Source: Nitrososphaerota archaeon (GTDB lineage: Archaea; Thermoproteota; Nitrososphaeria; Nitrososphaerales; Gagatemarchaeaceae). From it: a stretch of DNA of 49,949 bases. The position numbers were made by a program, and so were the translations under genes. A model generated the notes under the pieces. The model saw nothing but the letters and a program-made list of their open reading frames with translations. It was not told the origin of the DNA and ran no database searches. The stretch's first letter is position 1. Each line of letters opens with the position of its first letter. This document shows positions 43,833 to 49,949 of this stretch, one piece after another. Location of the stretch: contig PLCG01000110.1 of NCBI GenBank assembly GCA_003135575.1, positions 1-49,949 on the forward strand, given 5' to 3'.

Positions 43833-44879
43833 TCAACTCGCTACCTGTTTCCTAGGGATTTGGCCGACGGTGAGTTCAATCCACTTCGGCCTATGCAAGA
43901 AGTCCTTCATATCTCTGCCTTCGAGCAGCCCCACAAGGGCGTCTGCCTGTGGGATTGAGAGGACAGGCTTGCTGAACGTGAAGCCGTCGATGGATATGCG
44001 AGGGCACGCCGTCTGGACGAAAGCCTCGATCTGCGTATACTGAGCGAGCCTGTCGGGGGTGATGTCGCGCATCGCGAGCTGGATGACCTTCTTGCCGTTG
44101 GCCTGGAGCCTGTTGGTGATCCACTTGGAACGTCCGACCATCATCTGGCCCTCTTTCAGCCCCGTGATTACGCCGAACACCCGCGCGTCGAGCGCCTTGT
44201 AGACCCCGAGTACCGCCCTCTTCTGCCTCTCCGCCGCTTCCTCCTTCATGTCGCGCATCTCCTCGAGGTACGGGTCGAGGAGGAACGTCGGCTTCCCCGT
44301 CGCCAGCGCCACGCCGACGGCATGGAACTCGCTCTGCCCGAGGTAGCAGAACGCGTCGACCTTCTCGGCGTTGTTGAAGACGGTCGAAAAGTCGCAGCCG
44401 AACGTCTGGCTCGCGAGCAGGAGGCTGTTCTCCCGGCCGAGATACACCTCGAAGCCGGCGCCCTCTAGCTGTTTCTTCACCGGCTCGAGCTCGTCCAGGT
44501 GCTGGCTGAACGTCGCGAGCCCGATCCTCTTGTATTTCGAGAGCAACGGAATCGACTTTTGGACTACTGACTCGAACTTGATGTCGTCCTTGGCATCGAC
44601 CAGATACGTGTAGTCTCCCACGCTCTCCACGGACGCGTTGTGCCCGATGTGAAGGGCGAGGCTAGCCCCAAGCTTCTCCACCTCCTTGTCGACGGTGTCG
44701 CATATCCCAAAGCACGTGTCGCCGACTAGTACGCACTGGACGCCGTACTTCAACTCGACCACCCGCATGAGGTCCATGGTCTGTCTGAGCAGGCCGCCGG
44801 GCGCGTTCAAGATCACCCTAGACGGGTGTTTCTGCTCGATGAGATTGAAAACCCTGTCTGTGTCTATCTTTACTGTCAA
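43833..44879 (-). CDS. dph2: Diphthamide biosynthesis enzyme Dph2
   Basis: CFGICD, GCD, FHA and TACPRISID (three Fe-S Cys). Confidence 0.93.
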   Translation of the reverse strand: MTVKIDTDRVFNLIEQKHPSRVILNAPGGLLRQTMDLMRVVELKYGVQCVLVGDTCFGICDTVDKEVEKLGASLALHIGHNASVESVGDYTYLVDAKDDIKFESVVQKSIPLLSKYKRIGLATFSQHLDELEPVKKQLEGAGFEVYLGRENSLLLASQTFGCDFSTVFNNAEKVDAFCYLGQSEFHAVGVALATGKPTFLLDPYLEEMRDMKEEAAERQKRAVLGVYKALDARVFGVITGLKEGQMMVGRSKWITNRLQANGKKVIQLAMRDITPDRLAQYTQIEAFVQTACPRISIDGFTFSKPVLSIPQADALVGLLEGRDMKDFLHRPKWIELTVGQIPRKQVAS

Positions 44880-45397
44880 GCAGCCGCTTCCGCTTCCATC
44901 TTCTTCTCGAGTGGCACGACCACTATCTTGGTCAACATGGGGAGCTTGCCGGACGCCGCCTTCATGGCTGCCTTTGCCTTGTCAAGGTGCTCCGCCTTTA
45001 TCGAGAGCTCGATTACCACGGTATCGATGTACACGCGAGCAGCGAGCCCGATTGGTTTCCCGAAGGCCTTGCGCATCCCCTCTTGGAGTCTGTCTGCTCC
45101 TGCCGTGGCGATCATCTTGTTCTCTCTTAAGATTATGTGTGGGTAAGTGAGGACCACGAGCCAGAAGTTCTCCTCTCCGACCAAAGTCACCTTCTTGCTT
45201 GCCGCCACCCTTGCGGCTTCTAGCGCATTATGCCTAATCTGGACCTTTCCCAAAGAGACGAGTTGAACCTTGTAATCGTAATCGTCACGGTGCTTGCCAG
45301 TGGTAAATCTGGCTATCTTTGAGTTCGGCGCGCCTGGGGCGTAGTACTTGGAAGTGTAGGCCATCGAAGAGTGTTTTCGATAGTTGCTGCCGTGGAT
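44876..45397 (-). CDS. rpl10e: 50S ribosomal protein L16/L10e (uL16)
   Basis: QIRHNALEAAR, YPH.ILRENKM and GADRLQEGMRKAFGKP motifs; conserved-looking N-terminus (I)HGSNYR starts at ATC 45397, first ATG at 45364. Confidence 0.95.
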   Translation of the reverse strand: MHGSNYRKHSSMAYTSKYYAPGAPNSKIARFTTGKHRDDYDYKVQLVSLGKVQIRHNALEAARVAASKKVTLVGEENFWLVVLTYPHIILRENKMIATAGADRLQEGMRKAFGKPIGLAARVYIDTVVIELSIKAEHLDKAKAAMKAASGKLPMLTKIVVVPLEKKMEAEAAA

Positions 45398-45537
45398 TTT
45401 CTCCTACCTCGATTTTGTCCGGCCTAAAGCACTCCTAATTAAGTTTCGTTCCGCCTTGCTTTGAACGAGCACGAAAACACGCTCATTTTGTGTTCTTGGA
45501 CAAGACTCTAAGTATACCCACGGTTAAAACCAGTTCA

Positions 45538-46156
45538 ATGTCGCAAACGAGTGGCAGGGTTACCAAACTCCTACTTACGGCACTCGTCATCCTAACGCTG
45601 ATCTTCGCGACAACCACGATTTATGAGGCGACAATGGTCAACCCGCCGTTGTCTTCCGCCGTTGTCTTCCGCCGTTGACCAGGTGAGCGGCGACTACGCC
45701 AACCACCTTCTGCTCTTTGGCTCCAGGAATGTGAGCGCAATCGCGAGTCAGTACGAGGGAAACGCGACCGTCCAATTCAAGGGCATCGACATAGGCCTCA
45801 TAGGCAACTACACGGGTACCTCGAGCATTCGGCAGCTTCTTAGCGCCTTACTGGGACCTCTGAGCTACAATTCTAGTGGGCAAGTAAATGAGAATCCGAA
45901 AGGATATTTTTTCATAGCTAATGAAAGCCAACCCACCACACAAGTGTTGACTACGGGAAGCCGGAGCTCGGTAACGGCAGGGGTCATAAACTCGACATTC
46001 GACTTCAGGGGATGGGGCCCTACGGTTGGAAACTTCAACGGAACAGTGTCTGCTCAAACCTATTACGTGCACGGCAGTGGGAATGCTTCGTGGCTGATTT
46101 CAAAGGAAGCTTGGAACATTCTCAGGTTTTGGGCGCAGATTCAGATGACCACCTAG
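45538..46156 (+). pseudogene. Membrane-anchored/secreted protein (possibly SnoaL/NTF2-like) frameshifted by a 13-nt tandem duplication
   Basis: Signal-anchor part (45538-45678) and extracellular part (to 46156) lie in different frames and join if one CCGCCGTTGTCTT unit is removed. Confidence 0.75.
45643..45677 (+). repeat. 13-nt tandem repeat, ~2.7 copies
   Basis: CCGCCGTTGTCTT CCGCCGTTGTCTT CCGCCGTTG. Confidence 0.9.
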
Positions 46157-46217
46157 CGACGAAGTTAGCGTTCGACCCGCCAACCCTTAATTAGCGTCGA
46201 GCCTCAGAAACCGCTCT

Positions 46218-47408
46218 TTGCCGTTCCTGGTCCCGCCCGAAAGCATCGACTCGGAATCGCTCATCCTGGTCCTCGCGTTCGGGGCTCCGTCCGTGCTCGA
46301 AGCGCAGTGCGTGTTCCGAGAGCGAGCCAAAGTCTTGCCGCAGTGCGATGACATCGCCGTGGCCAACCTGAACGTGGATCGATTCAGCGGCTACACGGAG
46401 CTGGCGGGGGTGCACAAGGTCGCCCTCCCACTGCCGGCAGTCGACTCCCCCGACTTCACCGATGCCATCACGTTCCCAGACAGGAACTTCAACTTCTCCC
46501 TGAGCCTCTACTGCACTCGGGGCGACCCTGAGGTCGAATACGAGGAGCTTTCAGAAGAGCTCCTTTCGACCATACGCGGGACCGGTCTCAAGAAAGCCAA
46601 CCTGATTCGCTCGCGTTTCGGGCCTGAGATGTACTCCGAGCGGGTGTTGGCGAGGTCGGCGATAGACTTCGTTGCCTTCCCGATGGGAGCGACGTACCAA
46701 TGGGGAGTTACGGTCTTCATCCCAGTGACGGAAGGATTCAAGGAGCGGTCCACAGAGAGGCCGTACATCACCTCCGGTATCTCCCTCTCCTCTCGCCTAG
46801 CGCGCCTGCTCGTCAACATCGCGGGCGTCTCCAAAGGCCAGGTCCTGCTCGACCCGTTCTGCGGGTCTGGAACGATTCTGGGAGAGGCCCTGCTGAAAGG
46901 CGTGGACTGCATCGGGGTCGACAGGAATCATGGTAGCGTCGAGCGGACCAAGAAGAACCTTGCCTGGATTCTTTCCCATGAGAAGCGCGCGGGACAGCAT
47001 ATCCCCTCGTATTCTGTCATCGCAGCCGACGCGACCTATCTGCAAAAGGCCCTTGGCGACAAGATGGTCGACGCGATAGTCTCTGAGCCCATCCTCATGC
47101 CGAGGCTCTCCTCGCCTCCAACCCTCGAGAAGGCGCGTCGCCTCATCAAACACGCAAGCGGAATCTATTCCGACGCCTTGTACGAGATGAGCGCTGTGTT
47201 GCGTCGCGGGGGAAGGATGGTCCTCGTGACCCCGTCGCTAAGGACGATCGAGGGCAAGGACGTCGCGCTGTCATTCGACGACCTGAGCGAGGTCGGGCTG
47301 AGACCTTTCCAGCCGCCCGGCTATCCCTCCTACGAGTATCCCCTCAAGGTGGCACACCAGAGCACCAGATGGATCAGGAGAGCGATATACGTTCTCGAGA
47401 AAGCCTAG
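46218..47408 (+). CDS. Trm11/TrmG10-like SAM-dependent RNA methyltransferase
   Basis: RLARLLVN, LDPFCGSGTIL.EA and DAIVSEP motifs. Confidence 0.82.
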   Translation: MPFLVPPESIDSESLILVLAFGAPSVLEAQCVFRERAKVLPQCDDIAVANLNVDRFSGYTELAGVHKVALPLPAVDSPDFTDAITFPDRNFNFSLSLYCTRGDPEVEYEELSEELLSTIRGTGLKKANLIRSRFGPEMYSERVLARSAIDFVAFPMGATYQWGVTVFIPVTEGFKERSTERPYITSGISLSSRLARLLVNIAGVSKGQVLLDPFCGSGTILGEALLKGVDCIGVDRNHGSVERTKKNLAWILSHEKRAGQHIPSYSVIAADATYLQKALGDKMVDAIVSEPILMPRLSSPPTLEKARRLIKHASGIYSDALYEMSAVLRRGGRMVLVTPSLRTIEGKDVALSFDDLSEVGLRPFQPPGYPSYEYPLKVAHQSTRWIRRAIYVLEKA

Positions 47409-48115
47409 GCCTCGGTCCGTTCGATTGCGAGTTCCGCCTTCCGCATGAGCGCGACGAGCAGCCCGAGCTCCTTGGAACTCACCTCTGATTTCAGCGCGAC
47501 CATTCGGGCGACGTGGACGATCCGCTCCGCACTATGGGGCTGCATGCCAGACGCGATTGCCAGTTGGTGCGCGTACCTTGAGAAAACCTCTCGCCTCTTC
47601 CTGGAGGCTCTCGAATCCACCGAAGGGAGCCGCGCGTTCCTCGCTTCCCAAGCTCCTGAGGTCAAGAACAGCAGTATCGCGGCCGAGTGGCTCACGTTGA
47701 GCGTCCTGTAGTCGGTGCGGGTGTCCACTGAGGTCACGAGGTCGCAAAGCGCTAGCTCCTCGTTCGTCAGGCCGGTCGTGTCCCGGCCGAAGACTATGGA
47801 CGCCGATCCTGCACTGACTATTCGCGCGACGGCCTCTTCCGGCTTGATCGCCGTCCTGCTCACGTTCGCCTCTCTCCTCGCTTTAATCGCCGTCGTCGCA
47901 AGCAGAAGGTCGTGGGTCTTCCGCACTTTCGCGAGCGTGACGACCTCGGCATGCTTGAGGATGTCAGCGCCGTGCGACGCGTAGACTGACGCCGCCCGCA
48001 CGTCGCATCTAGGGGCCACCAAGTACAGCCTTTCCAATCCGAAGTTCTTCATCAAGCGGGCTGTGTATCCGAGGTTGACTGGGTATTCAGCTCCGACCAC
48101 TGTGATGCTCAGCAT
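47405..48115 (-). CDS. SPOUT RNA methyltransferase (TrmJ/LasT-like)
   Basis: YPVNLGYTARLMKNFG, FGRDTTGLTNEEL and LNVSHS motifs; start placed at ATG 48115. Confidence 0.88.
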   Translation of the reverse strand: MLSITVVGAEYPVNLGYTARLMKNFGLERLYLVAPRCDVRAASVYASHGADILKHAEVVTLAKVRKTHDLLLATTAIKARREANVSRTAIKPEEAVARIVSAGSASIVFGRDTTGLTNEELALCDLVTSVDTRTDYRTLNVSHSAAILLFLTSGAWEARNARLPSVDSRASRKRREVFSRYAHQLAIASGMQPHSAERIVHVARMVALKSEVSSKELGLLVALMRKAELAIERTEA

Positions 48116-48149
48116 CTTACCGAGTTGTTTCAAATCGGGAGTACCTGTC

Positions 48150-48959
48150 TCATCTTTGCGCGTCTCGTGCCCGCTCCGCACGAGAGAGCACTTCAACCAT
48201 CGCGATGACCGACTCTGGACGGAGCGAGTTCACCCTGCATTGGAGATACTCGTGCTGGGAGGAGATGGAAGCTGAAGGTGGCGCCGTAAGCCCAAGACTC
48301 TTGAGCGCGGCCCGCACCGTCCTCCTCTTCTGCGAGAAGATTCTCTTTATCATCGCGTTCTGTTCTCCGCTGAGGGTCCTCCTCCACTTCATTGTCACCA
48401 AGCAGGAGTTCACTCGTGGCGGGGGGTCGAACGAGCTTCTGCTCACGCCGAACACTATCTCGACCTTAGCCGAGGCCTGCGAGATCACGGACACTGCTCT
48501 GTAGGCCGGACTGCTGGGCGGCGCCGTTATCTTCGTTGCGAAGTCGCGCTGCAGCAACACGACCGCCCTGTCGTACCTCCTTCGCGAGAGCCACTCGACG
48601 AAGGCGCTCGACTCCGAATATGGAAGGCTGGAGAGAAGCACGTCGAATTCCGGAGACGACCTGAACGCGTCGTCGTTGTGGAGAACGAGCGATGTCCCCG
48701 CCAGCTCGCTACTGAGCGCCTCGTAGCTTTCCTTGTCGACCTCGTAGGCCTCCAATTCGCGGGTCAGGCCGACTAGCTCCCTTGTGAGTGCGCCCTTCCC
48801 CGTCCCTATCTCGAGGACCTTCTCGCCTGGCCTTATGGCCGCCAGCCCGATCATGGAACTCACCACCGACGGGTCGATGAGATAGTGCTGGCCAAGCGCG
48901 TGTCGTCTTGCACGGCCGTGGCGGTCACTTCTTGACGAAGATGTTAATCCTGGAGGCAC
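48150..48959 (-). CDS. rsmA: 16S rRNA adenine dimethyltransferase KsgA/Dim1
   Basis: LGQHYLID, VLEIGTGKGALT, SLPY and FDPPPRVNS motifs; start uncertain (GTG 48959 or TTG 48977). Confidence 0.9.
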   Translation of the reverse strand: MPPGLTSSSRSDRHGRARRHALGQHYLIDPSVVSSMIGLAAIRPGEKVLEIGTGKGALTRELVGLTRELEAYEVDKESYEALSSELAGTSLVLHNDDAFRSSPEFDVLLSSLPYSESSAFVEWLSRRRYDRAVVLLQRDFATKITAPPSSPAYRAVSVISQASAKVEIVFGVSRSSFDPPPRVNSCLVTMKWRRTLSGEQNAMIKRIFSQKRRTVRAALKSLGLTAPPSASISSQHEYLQCRVNSLRPESVIAMVEVLSRAERARDAQR

Positions 48960-49482
48960 CTGACAACTCTTCCGCAATCCGCTTGGCCACTAGCTTCGCT
49001 GGTTCGCGGAGCCCTACGCGGGCCTGAATGTCGTCGAACGAGGTGAATGGCTGTTTCTCTCTTATCTCGATGATGGTCTTCATGAACGTCTTCCCGATCC
49101 CCGGGATTAGCTCCAGGCCGTGGAGGCGAGGGGTCAGGGGCTGCAGCTCGTTGAAGTAAGCGACATACTTGGCTTCGTTGTTCTTGACGATGATCTCGCA
49201 GACGCTCAAGAGCTGCGCCTTCGCCTCCGCGGTCAGGTCCTCGTAGGCGAGCTTCCCGAACACGCTGAGGATCTTCGCGCGTCCCTCTCTTCCGATTCGG
49301 AGCTTCTCCCCAGTCTCAAAGTCTTGGTTCTCGACCGCGAGCAGCTCGAGGAGGGTGAGCCGTTCTTCCCCCAAAGCCTGGACGATCGGGCCTTCCCTCC
49401 CCTTGATTATCGAGGACTTGCCCCTTGGGATGAAATCCAACATGTAAGCGAATTCCTCATACCTCTTCTCAGCAGGAAGCAT
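48925..49482 (-). CDS. DUF655 nucleic-acid-binding protein
   Basis: YEEFAYMLDF, QALGE..LTLLEL and RLHGLELIPGIGK (HhH); lies between rpoF and ksgA as usual. Confidence 0.92.
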   Translation of the reverse strand: MLPAEKRYEEFAYMLDFIPRGKSSIIKGREGPIVQALGEERLTLLELLAVENQDFETGEKLRIGREGRAKILSVFGKLAYEDLTAEAKAQLLSVCEIIVKNNEAKYVAYFNELQPLTPRLHGLELIPGIGKTFMKTIIEIREKQPFTSFDDIQARVGLREPAKLVAKRIAEELSGASRINIFVKK

Positions 49483-49607
49483 TTTCCGCTATGGCTCCTC
49501 TTCGGCTCATTCTTGGAGTATGACGGTAAAAAGCGCGTAACAAGAATCAGAGCTAAGGGACATTTGCCTGCTTCGAATCTCGAGAGCCAAATGGCTCCCC
49601 TTGCTAT

Positions 49608-49946
49608 TTAATCTTTGGACTTTAGTATCTTCAGTATCTTCTCAAGGGTTTCCGTCGGCAAGAGCTTTCTCCAGCCTGCGGTGAACGTCCTAAGCTCCTC
49701 GATCGACTTCGGCATGATGTTGACGACCTCGGTCGCCTCCCCCTCGCTCAGCCCGCACTCGGTCTCTAGCTGCTTCTTCAGCTTCCTTGCGATCTCGGGC
49801 GTGGCCTTTGCGAACTTGGAGGTGTAGTCCAACGTCCTCTTCTGGATCTGGTCTGCCTTTTCCACGTCGAGCTTCTCGAGTATCTGGTGTGCCTCGCTGA
49901 GCGTGAGCATCTTCTTAGTGGAAGCCGGTGCCTCTTCTGCGGACAA
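49608..49946 (-). CDS. rpoF: RNA polymerase subunit Rpo4 (F)
   Basis: QKRTLDYTSKFAK...EVVNIMPKSIEELR motif; upstream of DUF655. Confidence 0.9.
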   Translation of the reverse strand: MSAEEAPASTKKMLTLSEAHQILEKLDVEKADQIQKRTLDYTSKFAKATPEIARKLKKQLETECGLSEGEATEVVNIMPKSIEELRTFTAGWRKLLPTETLEKILKILKSKD

Positions 49947-49949
49947 GCC

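Noticed and set aside
1..49949. CRISPR array, rRNA or IS transposase
   Set aside because: I saw no regularly spaced repeats with spacers, no rRNA-like tract and no transposase motifs.

Overview
High-GC archaeal chromosomal segment. It most likely comes from a TACK lineage, probably a deep, non-ammonia-oxidising Nitrososphaerota/Thaumarchaeota (inferred from PolD DP1+DP2, Elf1, a Cren7-like protein, AglB, GGGP synthase and BHB tRNA introns). The window contains a replication origin: four ORB elements and an AT-rich unwinding element just upstream of cdc6/orc1. Around it lie mostly core genes: PolD, PCNA, PriS, GINS, TopoIA, XPD, RNA polymerase subunits, TFS, ribosomal proteins, aIF2-alpha, Nop10, Csl4, Dph2, RNA methyltransferases, thyX/tmk/glyA/gcvTH, cofE, transsulfuration genes and a PadR-linked ABC-2 exporter cluster. 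Most notable observations: (1) three uncharacterised HTH/wHTH genes next to oriC, one membrane-anchored, sitting in a ~2.4 kb field enriched for TCACA/TGTGA motifs, a candidate origin-tethering or segregation system; (2) a tRNA-Ser(CGA) with three introns and a 6-nt anticodon exon; (3) a free-standing double-LAGLIDADG endonuclease inserted between pcn and priS; (4) apparent non-canonical start codons (ATC for rpl16, CTG for tfs and DUF2070); (5) a surface-protein gene frameshifted by a 13-nt tandem duplication; (6) a Cren7-like zinc ribbon fused to a coiled coil, and an OST3/6/DC2-like membrane protein. All calls come from motif recognition by eye; no database searches were run.
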